A stretch of DNA of 64,000 bases from Candidatus Latescibacterota bacterium (GTDB taxonomy: Bacteria > Latescibacterota > UBA2968 > GCA-2709665). The stretch spans positions 192,001 to 256,000 of the forward strand of contig CAXXXF010000018.1 in NCBI GenBank assembly GCA_963667175.2, given 5' to 3'. This document shows positions 10,643 to 20,736 of the stretch, piece by piece. A program made the position numbers and the translations under genes. Each line of letters begins with the position of its first letter. Position 1 is the first letter of the stretch. The notes beneath the pieces are model-generated. The model searched no databases and was not told the DNA's origin. It saw nothing but the letters and a program-made list of their open reading frames with translations.

Positions 10643-11761
10643 CTACCCGGAATACAGTTTGATTCTTTCGCGGTCCAGTTCTATCCCAAGGCCCGGCGCC
10701 GTGGGTATGCTAAGCAGGCCGTCGTCGTCAAGTTGGAAGGGTTCGGTAAGGATGTCTTCTATATAGGGCGACGGGGTGATGTACTCCACCCAGCGCGCCG
10801 TGGGGTGGGCCGCGGCGAGATGGAGGTCGGCGGCGAGGCCCACCGCAGTATTCCATCCGTGGGTGACCAGAAGGACGTTGTGGTTGCAGGCGTGCCAGAG
10901 GATGCGCCGGGTCTCCGACAGGCCGCCGACTTTTGTGGCATCCGGCTGGACGACGTCGAAGGCGCCGCGGGCGATCCAGGAAAGGAAGCTCTGCCGGCGG
11001 GTCAGGACTTCGCCTCCCGCGATGGGGACGGGGGCGTTGCGGCGGAGAGCGATGAAACCATCCATATCGTCTGGAGGCAGGGCCTCCTCGAACCAGGCGA
11101 CGTTGTATGCGGCGAGCATCCGGGCGGTTTCGAGCGCCCACTTGTACCCGTGCGGCCAGAACTGGTCGCTTCCGCCGGCGTCGACCATCAGTTCAACGTC
11201 GGCGCCCACCGTCTCGCGGGCGAGTCTGACGAGTCGCTCGTCGGTGCGTTTGTCCACGCGTCCGAAAGGGCCCCACCCGAGTTTGAGCGCGCGGAAGCCG
11301 CGGGAAACGGCCGACTCCAGGGTCTGCCTGAACTTGCCCTCATCAGCCTCGAAGAGGAGCGAACCATAGGGTTTGATCTTATGACGGTAATAGCCGCCCA
11401 ACAGGCGCCCCACGGGTTGCCCGCTGGCCTTGCCCAGAAGGTCCCACAACGCGATGTCGATGCCCGAAATGGCGTGCGTGACGGAACCGCCCCGGCCCTG
11501 CCAGAACGTCGCCTGGTGGAGGTTTTCGGAGACGCGTTCCGGTTCGATGGCCGACTCGCCGACGAGGTGGGGTTTCAGAAGGCGCAGCGCGGCGTCTACC
11601 AGGGCCTTGCTGGTGGCGACGCTACCGAGGCCGGTGAAGCCGCTGTCGGTATGCACTTCCACAAGGGTGTGCAGGTTTTCCGACGGCGGTGTTTCGGCCG
11701 TCCAACCGGATTTCGGCGTCGCTCCCTGGAGACCAATTGTCTGGATGCCTGTGATTTTCAT
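10643..11761 (-). CDS. mandelate racemase/muconate lactonizing enzyme family protein
   Basis: AISGIDIALWDLLGK, KLGW, LMVDAG, WFEEALP, GGE, VVQPD; real start at MKITGI. Confidence 0.9.
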   Translation of the reverse strand: MKITGIQTIGLQGATPKSGWTAETPPSENLHTLVEVHTDSGFTGLGSVATSKALVDAALRLLKPHLVGESAIEPERVSENLHQATFWQGRGGSVTHAISGIDIALWDLLGKASGQPVGRLLGGYYRHKIKPYGSLLFEADEGKFRQTLESAVSRGFRALKLGWGPFGRVDKRTDERLVRLARETVGADVELMVDAGGSDQFWPHGYKWALETARMLAAYNVAWFEEALPPDDMDGFIALRRNAPVPIAGGEVLTRRQSFLSWIARGAFDVVQPDATKVGGLSETRRILWHACNHNVLLVTHGWNTAVGLAADLHLAAAHPTARWVEYITPSPYIEDILTEPFQLDDDGLLSIPTAPGLGIELDRERIKLYSG

Positions 11762-12164
11762 GACGTCCGATCGGTAGCTGGAAGCAGCCGACGGCGTTGG
11801 CGAGCACGCTCGGGTTGCCGGCAGGTGTAAGAATGGCCATCGTAAAAACGTCGAATTCTGCGCCAGTTGCCGTCCGGATGGATGCCGGACGGCCTCAATA
11901 TATGGAATCCGCGTATCGCCTTCAACAGGAAATCGCGGTATGCCGGCACATCCGGCGTGGCATAGGCCTGCCAAAATGGCAGCTTTCGAATTTCTGGTCG
12001 TGCCGGCACGAATTGCAAGGAATTTCCGGAGCGGAATCATTCCCTTAACTAACTCTATAACAATATTTTATTGACACAATGCTCTTTCGGGCACAATAGT
12101 TGCATGTGTTCAGTCCCGGCGACGGAGACCCTCACCGCCCGGCCCCTCTCCCCGCGTTCAGGTC

Positions 12165-12196
12165 TTTCATCTACCGGCTCCCGTCTACCCGCCTCT
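12165..12196. repeat. heptamer arm of a dispersed element in the lon leader
   Basis: TTTCATCTACCGGCTCCCGTCTACCCGCCTCT resembles the arms at 30165-30192 and 34904-34934. Confidence 0.55.
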
Positions 12197-12197
12197 T

Positions 12198-12222
12198 GGC
12201 GACCACAGGGGTTGCCCCTGCA
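12198..12222 (-). repeat. REP-like imperfect palindrome
   Basis: Minus strand reads GCAGGGGCAACCCCTGTGGTCGCC, similar to the GTAGGGGCGACC REP at 23874. Confidence 0.5.
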
Positions 12223-12283
12223 AATAAAAACGCTTGCGATTCTCCGAATATTCGATTGTTGACCAACATAAGGAGCGAACCGG

Positions 12284-14788
12284 ATGTCTGACGAGACGAG
12301 GCCAAAGAGCATCGAAGTGATCGACGGGTCGCACGTCCCGGGTGAGGCGCCCGTGTTGAGAAGCAGAGACGTCGTGATCTTTCCCTATATGCTGTCGCCG
12401 TTGTCTGTCGAAAGCGAACAGGCGATCCGGGCGGTGGATACGGCCGTGAACGGCGGACATCGGGTCGTTGCGTTGTTCGGGCAGAAGCCGGATAAGGAAC
12501 AGGAGAAAGCCGAACCAGAGAACGACGGCGGCGAGGAGGAAGCAGAGATTCAAGCCGAGGACCTGTATCAGGTGGGCACCGCGGCGCAGGTGGTCCGGAT
12601 GCAGCGAACGAAGGACGACAAGCTGCAGGTCCTCGTCAACGGGATCGCCCGTGTGGGCCTGGAGTCGCTGGTTCAGACCGCGCCCTATCCGCTGGCGCGA
12701 ATCAGGGTGCTGGACGGCTGGGCCGAAAAGACGAACGAGCTGGAGGCGCTTTCCCAGAACGTGATGGACCTGTTCAAGAAGGCGATGGATCTGGTCCCCA
12801 ATGTGCCCAAGGAGCTGATGGCGGCGCTGGATTCGCTGAGCGAACCGGAACAGAAAGCGGATTTCATCGCGTCCCAGTTCAACCTGAGATTCGAGGAGCG
12901 CCAGGAGGTGTTGTCCGAACTCAACCTCCGGCTACGGTTCGAGTTGATTCACAAGTATCTGACACGGGAAGTCGAAATCCTGGAACTGCGGCAGAAGATT
13001 CAGAGCGATGCCGCGGGGTCGATGGACGAGGCGCAGCGCGAATACTTCCTCCGCCAGCAGCTCAGGGCCATTCGCGAGGAACTGGGCGAGGGCGAGGACG
13101 AGGCCGAAGAGATCGAGGAGTTTCGGGAGAAAATCGAAGCGGCGGGAATGCCTGGCGAAGCGCGGAAGGCCGCCGATCGCGAGCTTTCACGTATGGAGAA
13201 GATGCCAGGCGAGTCCGCGGAATATACGGTGTCGCGGACGTATCTTGACTGGCTGGTCGAACTGCCGTGGAGCAAATCGAGCGAAGACCGAATCGACGTG
13301 GACCGGGCGCAGAAGATCCTGGACGACGACCACTACGGGATCGAAAAGCCGAAGGACCGGATTCTGGAATATCTGGCGGTCCGTGGGCTGAAAAACGACA
13401 TGCGGGGACCTATTCTATGCCTGGTGGGTCCGCCGGGCACGGGGAAGACCTCGCTGGGCCGATCCGTAGCCCGAGCCCTGGACCGCACCTTCGTCCGGAT
13501 ATCGCTGGGCGGCGTGCGGGATGAGTCGGAGGTCCGGGGCCACCGGCGGACCTACGTCGGCGCGCTGCCGGGCCGGATCATCCAGGGGCTGCGGCGGGCG
13601 GGGACAAACAATCCTGTCTTCATGCTGGATGAGATCGATAAACTGGGCGCGGATTTCCGCGGCGACCCGTCGGCGGCGCTGCTGGAGGTGCTGGATCCGG
13701 AGCAGAACTGCCGGTTCGAGGACCATTACCTGGACGTGCCGTTCGATCTTTCACAGGTGATGTTCATTGCCACCGCGAATACCTTGCATACGATTCCGCC
13801 CGCGCTGCTGGACCGGATGGAGGTCCTCGAACTTCCGGGCTATACCGAGCAGGAAAAGCTGCAGATCGCCCGCAGCTACCTGGTGCCCAGGCAGCTCGAA
13901 GAGCACGGCCTGGCGTCCCGGCGGCTGGAGATCGAAAACGACGCATTAACCGGATTGATCCGATTCTACACCCTCGAGGCGGGCTTGCGTAACCTGGAGC
14001 GGGCAGTGGGTACATTGTGCCGGAAGGTGGCGCGCCGGTTCGCACAGGGCCGGAAGCGGAAAGTAAGGGTAAAGACCGCGCATTTGTCCGAGTACCTGGG
14101 GCCCCGCCAGTTCCAGCACGAAATCGCGGAGGACAACGATGAGGTGGGCGTTGCGGCGGGACTGGCGGTGACGTCCGCGGGAGGCGACGTGATGTTCGTG
14201 GAAGCCACGCTGATGCCCGGCGGCGGAAATCTGAATCTGACCGGCCAGGTTGGCGACGTGATGCAGGAATCCGTCCAGGCGGCGATGACGTACGTGCGCT
14301 CAAGGTGGGAGCCTCTGGGGCTGCCCGAAAAATTCAACGAGAAGAAGGACGTGCACGTCCACGCGCCGGCCGGCGCGGTACCCAAAGACGGCCCGTCCGC
14401 GGGAATTACGATGGCCGCCGTGCTGGCGTCGGTGTTTACGGGGCGTCGGGTCCGGAAGGACGTGGCGATGACCGGGGAAATCACGCTGCGCGGCAAGGTG
14501 CTGCCCGTCGGAGGTATACGCGACAAGGTGCTGGCCGCCCACCGAGCGGGCATCCGGAGAATCATCCTGCCAGAAAAAAACCGGAAGGACCTGGAGGACG
14601 TCCCCGGTACCGTCCGGAAGGATATGAAGCTCGTGTTCGCCGACCACATGGACAAAGTGTTGGACACGGCGCTGGCGAAGAAGCGGAAGACGTCCGGCCG
14701 GCGCCGTTCGTCGGGCAACGCGGGCAGACCACCGGTCCGGGCGGGCAACCGCCCCCGGCCGGCCGTACCGGCGGATCCGGAAGGGTGA
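12284..14788 (+). CDS. lon: ATP-dependent Lon protease
   Basis: LON N-domain, GPPGTGKTS, RGHRRTYVGALPG, PKDGPSAG (Ser), GGIRDK (Lys); AAGGAG RBS. Confidence 0.98.
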   Translation: MSDETRPKSIEVIDGSHVPGEAPVLRSRDVVIFPYMLSPLSVESEQAIRAVDTAVNGGHRVVALFGQKPDKEQEKAEPENDGGEEEAEIQAEDLYQVGTAAQVVRMQRTKDDKLQVLVNGIARVGLESLVQTAPYPLARIRVLDGWAEKTNELEALSQNVMDLFKKAMDLVPNVPKELMAALDSLSEPEQKADFIASQFNLRFEERQEVLSELNLRLRFELIHKYLTREVEILELRQKIQSDAAGSMDEAQREYFLRQQLRAIREELGEGEDEAEEIEEFREKIEAAGMPGEARKAADRELSRMEKMPGESAEYTVSRTYLDWLVELPWSKSSEDRIDVDRAQKILDDDHYGIEKPKDRILEYLAVRGLKNDMRGPILCLVGPPGTGKTSLGRSVARALDRTFVRISLGGVRDESEVRGHRRTYVGALPGRIIQGLRRAGTNNPVFMLDEIDKLGADFRGDPSAALLEVLDPEQNCRFEDHYLDVPFDLSQVMFIATANTLHTIPPALLDRMEVLELPGYTEQEKLQIARSYLVPRQLEEHGLASRRLEIENDALTGLIRFYTLEAGLRNLERAVGTLCRKVARRFAQGRKRKVRVKTAHLSEYLGPRQFQHEIAEDNDEVGVAAGLAVTSAGGDVMFVEATLMPGGGNLNLTGQVGDVMQESVQAAMTYVRSRWEPLGLPEKFNEKKDVHVHAPAGAVPKDGPSAGITMAAVLASVFTGRRVRKDVAMTGEITLRGKVLPVGGIRDKVLAAHRAGIRRIILPEKNRKDLEDVPGTVRKDMKLVFADHMDKVLDTALAKKRKTSGRRRSSGNAGRPPVRAGNRPRPAVPADPEG

Positions 14789-14896
14789 AAGTACGGAGGG
14801 CGACCCCTCGCTGGCGCGTTGCGATGCCCTGGCCGCGGAACCCGCGCGTGATCAAGGGTCTGTGGCGCCAGTGACACTCCCCGGTCAACGTCCGTC

Positions 14897-17554
14897 TCAG
14901 CGGCTCGGAATCTCCCGGGCAACGCGAAAGCCCGCGACGTTCCGTATGTTGTTGCTGGAGGCCTGGTTGCGAGAGCCCGAACGCAAAAGCGGCGAAGGGT
15001 CCTGCCAGGAGCCGCCGCGCAGCACGCGTATGGAGAGGCCGTCCCCGCCCCGGCAGTCATCGCCACCTCTCCAGGCCGAGCCGTCCGACGGCGCGCCCTG
15101 GTAGTTCCCGTGCCAGCAATCCTGTGTCCACTCCCACACGTTTCCGTGAACGTCGTGCAGGCCGAAGGCGTTCGCGGGAAAGGAGCCGACGGGAACCGTC
15201 TGACTCCGATTCACCCCCGAGCCCTCCCAGACCGGGTTCAGATTCGCCTGGTCCGTCGAGATCCTGTCCCCGAAGTGGTAGGGCCCCGTCGTTCCCGCGC
15301 GCGCCGCGTACTCCCACTCCGCCTCGCTCAACAGACGGTACCTGGCGCCCGTATGGGACGACAACCAGTTTACGTACACCTGCGCGTCTTCCCAACTCAC
15401 GAAGATCAGCGGACGATCGCCCCGCCCCCAGCCCCCGTCTTCAGGACTGTAGAAGGTACACGGCGGGCAGGCTTCCCACTCCGCGAACGTCACCTCGTAC
15501 ACGCCCACCGCCAACCGGTACCCGATATCCACCCGGTGCGGCGGGCCGTTGTAATTGGGACCGACGAAGAGACTACCGAACTCCGCGTCCGACATACCCA
15601 TGGTGAACGAACCCGGCGGTATCATCACCATCAGGGGACACTCGGGGCAGTCGCGGAACCGCTCGCCGGGAGTAACCGGAGAATCCGGAGGATCGGGTGG
15701 ATCGGTTACGGGATCCGGTTCGTCTGGAGGTTCGGGCGGCATCGAGCCGTCGTCGAGCGCGCAGCCCGTGTCGTACATGGGCGGGCTGGAGAACCAGATC
15801 GGGTAGCACCACGGATCGAAGGCGGCGATCTTCCCGCCGCTGACCGAGACGTCGTAGCTCCCGTCCCCGTTCCGGCTCACGGATACGGTGACCCCGCCGC
15901 CGACGTCGCGCGACTCGCCGTCACCGATCAGCGAGTAGTCGTCCCGGCCCCAGCCGACGTCGTGGTTGACCTCCGGGTTGCGCGCGTCGTACAGGGCCGG
16001 ACCGAACCGGGCCTGGGTCCCGGTACCCCTGCTCTGATCATAGCGGCTCACCAGGACACCCTCGTAGCGCCGCGGCCGCCGCCCTCCGGACGCGGACGGG
16101 TCGTAAACCCCGAGATCGCGGTCCACAAAGGCTGCGGGTCGCTCCGGCAGTACCTCCAGCGTGGTGAACGCGTATCGACGACCGGAATGGATTGCGAGGA
16201 ACTGATAGCCATCGTCCAAGGGCTTGCTCAGCCTGTAGGTCCCGCTGCCGGCGACGTGGAGAGCCACCTCGTCTGCCTCGATCCATCCGGCGGAATAGCG
16301 ATTGATGGCCAGGGGAGGAGGGAAGTCCGGGCGCCAGCCGAAGGCGCCTTCCAGGGTGAGCTTCGACATGAAGTCGAGCCGGTTGCTGTATGGGTTGGGG
16401 GCGCCGAACGAACCGCCGGGCTGGGGCTGCCATTGCAGTTCCGTAAAGGAGTGAGGCCATTCCATCCACCCGTGCCCCATCTCGTGAAGGATGGTCGGCA
16501 TGTAGGCCTCGCTCAGGTGGATGAGCCCCAGACTGCCGAAGGCGTTGGAGGCGGCCCCTCCCGTATCGCTGGTGATGTCGCTGAAGAGGATGCGGCTCAA
16601 TCCGCCGGGATATCCACGCCAGGGGCATCCCTGGTGCGGGGCACTGCAATCGGCAACCTCCAGCCACATATAGGTCCGCGCCAGAGCGAACCACCCGGTC
16701 CCGTGGGTCCTCCCTCCTTTTTCGTGCAGGTCGATGTCCAGGCCGGCGCGGAAAGTGACGCGGAACTTGCCCTCCGATACCCTCTGCCAATAGGGCGCGA
16801 CGTGGGTATTCAGCAGGGCGACCGCCTCCTCCATGCTCATCGCCACGCGCGAGCCGTCGTCGTCATCCCAGACCCGGGCATACGAAGGGAATCGGGCGAT
16901 ATCCACCCATATATCGAGATCGCCCAGGGTGTAGTAGGTCGGATCGGCGGGCGGATCGAGGTGGGTGCGGTCGGGATACTTGTCCATGGGGGTACAGCCT
17001 TCGAAGCTCTGGTCGCCGTAGCGCAGGTAGCTGCCGTTCCCGTACCAGCGAATGAGGGAAAGGGGGTCGCTGCCGCCGAGATCTTCGAGGCCGGCCTCGA
17101 TCCACGGTGACGAGGTCTTCTCCTCGGCGGCGCAGGAGTACGGCGCCGACTCCCTCCACCAGGGTTGGGAGGGGATATTGTTCCAACGAAGGGCAAAGGG
17201 GTCGTCCGACGCGCCGCCGTTTGAGGACGGCGCCTTTTTGCCGAAGGCTCCCGCAAAGGTCAGAAAGTCCGAAAACCCGATACTGCCGTCGCCATTCAGG
17301 TCGTACTTCGCGTCGTACTTTGCATCGCCCCGACCGGATCCGAACGCGCCTGCGAAGGCCACGAAATCGGAGAAGCCGACCGATCCGTCACCGTCAAAGT
17401 CGGACATGAGGGCGGTGTTGTCATCGCCGGCATGGACGATGCCCGCGCGTGACGCCGCGGGATGGCTCTCCGTATCGGAACCCGTTGCGGCCTGGCATGC
17501 GAGTGCCAGCAACCCGAGCCGGGCTATGGACAACAATCTCGTTCTGTCGAACAT
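14897..17554 (-). CDS. exported multidomain protein: EF-hand/dockerin-like repeats + HExxH metalloprotease + Pro-rich linker + FGE-sulfatase (CLec) domain
   Basis: Signal peptide ending LALAC; [13 protein letters not shown] and [13 protein letters not shown]; TILHEMGH; [52 protein letters not shown]. Confidence 0.85.
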   Translation of the reverse strand: MFDRTRLLSIARLGLLALACQAATGSDTESHPAASRAGIVHAGDDNTALMSDFDGDGSVGFSDFVAFAGAFGSGRGDAKYDAKYDLNGDGSIGFSDFLTFAGAFGKKAPSSNGGASDDPFALRWNNIPSQPWWRESAPYSCAAEEKTSSPWIEAGLEDLGGSDPLSLIRWYGNGSYLRYGDQSFEGCTPMDKYPDRTHLDPPADPTYYTLGDLDIWVDIARFPSYARVWDDDDGSRVAMSMEEAVALLNTHVAPYWQRVSEGKFRVTFRAGLDIDLHEKGGRTHGTGWFALARTYMWLEVADCSAPHQGCPWRGYPGGLSRILFSDITSDTGGAASNAFGSLGLIHLSEAYMPTILHEMGHGWMEWPHSFTELQWQPQPGGSFGAPNPYSNRLDFMSKLTLEGAFGWRPDFPPPLAINRYSAGWIEADEVALHVAGSGTYRLSKPLDDGYQFLAIHSGRRYAFTTLEVLPERPAAFVDRDLGVYDPSASGGRRPRRYEGVLVSRYDQSRGTGTQARFGPALYDARNPEVNHDVGWGRDDYSLIGDGESRDVGGGVTVSVSRNGDGSYDVSVSGGKIAAFDPWCYPIWFSSPPMYDTGCALDDGSMPPEPPDEPDPVTDPPDPPDSPVTPGERFRDCPECPLMVMIPPGSFTMGMSDAEFGSLFVGPNYNGPPHRVDIGYRLAVGVYEVTFAEWEACPPCTFYSPEDGGWGRGDRPLIFVSWEDAQVYVNWLSSHTGARYRLLSEAEWEYAARAGTTGPYHFGDRISTDQANLNPVWEGSGVNRSQTVPVGSFPANAFGLHDVHGNVWEWTQDCWHGNYQGAPSDGSAWRGGDDCRGGDGLSIRVLRGGSWQDPSPLLRSGSRNQASSNNIRNVAGFRVAREIPSR

Positions 17555-17589
17555 GCGCGCCTCGGCTCGAAATCTCGAACCGCCGGTTG

Positions 17590-17825
17590 CGGACCCGCGC
17601 GAACGGGCTGGTTTGCCGCATGGTTGCGCGCGCGGCGACCGTAATCGAATTCCAAAACGCTCATTTCGACGAGATCGACGCCGTTAGAGCCGCCGTGCAG
17701 CGCTTTGGCCTTTCCATGAGCGATCGAACTGGCGCGCCGGGACGAGCCATTATCCAGGGGGTCGGCGTCTGTAATGAGGAGCAGATCGACATCCGAGTCC
17801 CGTCCAACGTCGCCCTGGCCGCCGA
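17590..17825 (-). pseudogene. fragment of the MNT nucleotidyltransferase domain
   Basis: DSDVDLLLITDADPLDNGS..RASSIAHGKAKALHGG..GVDLVEMS..GRRARNH aligns to the genes at 21515 and 23839; both ends missing. Confidence 0.85.
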
Positions 17826-17893
17826 ACCCGCGCGTGATCAAGGGTCCGTGGCGCTAATGATAGCTAATGATACTCCCCCGGTCAACGCCTTTC

Positions 17894-18240
17894 TCAACGG
17901 TTCGGAATCTCCCGGGCAACGCGAAAGCCCGCGACGTTCCGTATGTTGTTGCTGGAGGCCTGGCTGCGAAAGCTCGAACGGACAATCGGCGAAGGATTCA
18001 CCCAGGAGCCGCCGCGCAGCACGCGCCAAGAGAGGTCGTTCCCCGCCCCGGCAATCATCGCCACCTCCCCAGGCCGAGCTGAAATTCGCCTGGTCCGTCG
18101 AGATCCTGTCCCCGAAGTGGCAGGGCCCCGTCGTTCCCCGCGCGCGCCGCGTACTCCCACTCCGCCTCGCTCAACAGACGGCGCCTGGCGTCCGTGTGAG
18201 ACGACAGCCAGTTCACGTACACCTGGGCGTCTTCCCACCG
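17894..18240 (-). pseudogene. relic FGE-sulfatase domain of the second paralog
   Basis: Near-identical to 14897-15080 and 15240-15395, with two large deletions and frameshifts. Confidence 0.85.
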
Positions 18241-18244
18241 GCGT

Positions 18245-20071
18245 TTACTGCGGATTCGGTTGGCCGTCGTCCAGTGTGCAGCCCGTGTCGTACATGGGCG
18301 GGTTGGAGAACGAGATCGGGTAGCACCACGGCTCGAACGACGCGATCTTCCCGCCGCTGACCGCGACGTCGTAGCTGCCGTCCCCGTTCCGGCTCACGGA
18401 TACGGTGACCCCGCCGCCGACGTCGCGCGATTCGCCATCGCCGATCAGCGAGTAGTCGTCCCGGCCCCAGCCGACATCGTGGTTGACCTCCGGGTTGCGC
18501 GCGTCGTACAGGGCAGGACCGAACCGGGCCCGGGTCCCGGTACCCCGAGTCTGGTCGTAGCGGCTCACCAGTACGCCCTCGTAGCGTAGCGCACGCTGTC
18601 CCCCGGGCGCCGACGGGTCGTAAACGCCGGAATGGCCGTCCACGAAGGCTGCGGGGCGCTCGGGCAGCACCTCCAGCGTGGTGAACGCGTATCGACGGCC
18701 GGAATGGATTGCGAGGAACTGATTGCCGTCGTCAAACGGCTTGCTCAGCCTGTAGGTCCCGCTTCCGGCGACGTGGAGAGCCACCTCGTCTGCCTCGATC
18801 CATCCGGCGGAATAGCGATTGACGGCCAGGGGAGGAGGGAAGTCCTGGCGCCAGCCGAAGGTGTCGCCAAGGGTGAGCTTCGACATGAAGTCGAAGCGGT
18901 TGCTGTAGGGGTCGGGGGCTTCGAACGAACCGCCGCGCCGGGGCTGCCACAGCAGTTCCGCAAAGGAGTGAGGCCACGACATCCACCCGTGCCCCATCTC
19001 GTGGAGGATGGTCGCCATGTAGGCCTCGCTCAGGTGGATGAGCCCCAGACTGCCGAAGGCATTGGAGGCGGCCCCTCCCGTATCGCTGGTGACGTCGCTG
19101 AAGAGGATGCGGCTCAATCCGCCGGGCTCGCCACGCCAGGGGCACCTCCGACTTGCCCCGCTGCAATCTGCCACCTGTTTCCACAGGATAGTCCGCGCCA
19201 GATAGAACCACCCGGTCCCCATGGCCCTCACTTCACTTTCCCCAAGGTCGATTTCCTCACCGGCGCGGAACGTGACGCGGAACTTGCCTTCCGATACCCT
19301 ATCCCAATAGGGCGCGACGTGGGTATTCAGCAGGTCGACCGCCTCCTCCATGCTCATCGCCACGCGCGAGCCGTCGTCGTCATCCCAGACCCGGGCATAC
19401 GACGGAAATCGGGCGATATCCACCCAGATATCGAGATCGCCCAGGGTGTAGTAGGTCGGATCGGCGGGCGGATCGCGGTGGGTGCGGTCGGGATACCTGA
19501 CCATGGGAGTACAGCCTTCGAAGCTCTGGTCGCCGTAGCGCAGGTAGCTGCCGTTCCCGTACCAGCGGATCAGGGAGAGCGGGTCGGTGCCGCCGAGGTC
19601 TTCGAGGCCGGCCTCGATCCACGGTGACGAGGTCTTCTCCTCGGCGGCGCAGGAGTACGGCGCCGACTCCCTCCACCAGGGTTGGGAGGGGATATTGTTC
19701 CAACGAAGGGCGAAGGGGTCGTCCGACGCGCCGCCGTTTGAGGGCGGCGCCTCTTTGCCGAAGTCTCCCGCAAAGGTCAGAAAGTCCGAAAACCCGATAC
19801 TGCCGTCGCCATTCAGATCGTACTTCGCGTCGTACTTTGCATCGCCCCGGCCGGCTCCGAACGCGCCTGCGAAGGCCACGAAATCGGAGAAGCCGACCGA
19901 TCCGTCACCGTCAAAGTCGGACATGAGGGCGGTGTTGTCATCGCCGGCATGGACGATGACCGCGCGTGACGCCGCAGGATGGCTCTCCGTATCGGAACCC
20001 GTTGCGGCCTGACACGCGAATGCCAGCAACACGAGCCGGGCTATGGACAGCAATCTCGTTTTGCTATACAC
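18245..20071 (-). CDS. paralog of 14897-17554: EF-hand/dockerin + HExxH metalloprotease, truncated before the FGE domain
   Basis: Long identical stretches with copy 1; TILHEMGH intact; new stop next to the deletion junction. Confidence 0.85.
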   Translation of the reverse strand: MYSKTRLLSIARLVLLAFACQAATGSDTESHPAASRAVIVHAGDDNTALMSDFDGDGSVGFSDFVAFAGAFGAGRGDAKYDAKYDLNGDGSIGFSDFLTFAGDFGKEAPPSNGGASDDPFALRWNNIPSQPWWRESAPYSCAAEEKTSSPWIEAGLEDLGGTDPLSLIRWYGNGSYLRYGDQSFEGCTPMVRYPDRTHRDPPADPTYYTLGDLDIWVDIARFPSYARVWDDDDGSRVAMSMEEAVDLLNTHVAPYWDRVSEGKFRVTFRAGEEIDLGESEVRAMGTGWFYLARTILWKQVADCSGASRRCPWRGEPGGLSRILFSDVTSDTGGAASNAFGSLGLIHLSEAYMATILHEMGHGWMSWPHSFAELLWQPRRGGSFEAPDPYSNRFDFMSKLTLGDTFGWRQDFPPPLAVNRYSAGWIEADEVALHVAGSGTYRLSKPFDDGNQFLAIHSGRRYAFTTLEVLPERPAAFVDGHSGVYDPSAPGGQRALRYEGVLVSRYDQTRGTGTRARFGPALYDARNPEVNHDVGWGRDDYSLIGDGESRDVGGGVTVSVSRNGDGSYDVAVSGGKIASFEPWCYPISFSNPPMYDTGCTLDDGQPNPQ

Positions 20072-20617
20072 GAGCGCCTCTCCCGATCAATACCGATTCA
20101 GTGTGAAGGACGTCCGATGCAACACCAGCCTGTCCTGCGGACGTCCGGCCCGGCCCTGCCGGCTGGCGCCGTTCTGTTCACCTTACATGCAAATAACCGA
20201 GTCCGAAACACCCGTAAAGCCTTGCGAGATGGAAGTTGCGCCTTTATCAAATTTCTCAATATGATACACTGCAATATATAATTTAGTGATTTATGAACCG
20301 ATATGCAATAAATTCGTCGCAAAATAAAACACGGCGCCGTCGGATTCCGTATTGCTTAGCCAGAAGTATTGCATGAATATGAAACTTAACGGAACGGTAT
20401 TTTGGGAAGCAGGAAGTGTTCCCGAGAAGGGAAAATAGAGATATTGCCAGACGTAGTGGATGGCGGGGAGCGCATGCGGAAGGATTAAGCGGCGGCTATG
20501 AGAAAGGGATGGATCGGCCGGCGTAAAACGGCGTGTGTCGCAAAGCCGCAACCCTGCGGAGGAATATCACGAAGACGTGCTGGGGACGAAGACCGGTGAA
20601 GGTTAATGGACAACAGA

Positions 20618-20652
20618 AAGGGTCGAAGCCGCTCTTGCGCGCCTCGACCCTT
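20618..20652 (-). terminator. hairpin, possible terminator after the MNT-HEPN pseudogene
   Basis: AAGGGTCGA...TCGACCCTT inverted repeat. Confidence 0.45.
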
Positions 20653-20736
20653 AATTTGTCTGTGATCAATCACCTGCATCTGGCGATCCGCGGGTGGATG
20701 GCGCCGTCTATCCGGCGCCAGGAACGAACCAGGCCG

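Noticed and set aside
12071-12100. lon promoter at TTGACA 12071
   Set aside because: Perfect -35, but no convincing -10 at 16-18 nt spacing, so it is not listed as a feature.
14897-15670. FGE domain as the maturase for the sulfatase at 47521
   Set aside because: It lacks the catalytic Cys pair after RGGS and is fused to an exported protease, so it is probably a non-catalytic binding fold.
15110-17110. Long antisense ORFs (this 666-aa one, 31312-32823, 39549-40865, 56651-58063 and others)
   Set aside because: Antisense shadows of well-supported genes, expected with high-GC codon bias; no recognisable motifs.
17894-18040. FGE relic as the DGR template repeat for the 3' end of copy 1
   Set aside because: Of 17 manually counted differences over the last ~48 codons, the relic has A at only 5, copy 1 has A at 4, and 8 involve no A. 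This is not one-way A-to-N mutagenesis, and there is no RT/avd in the window.
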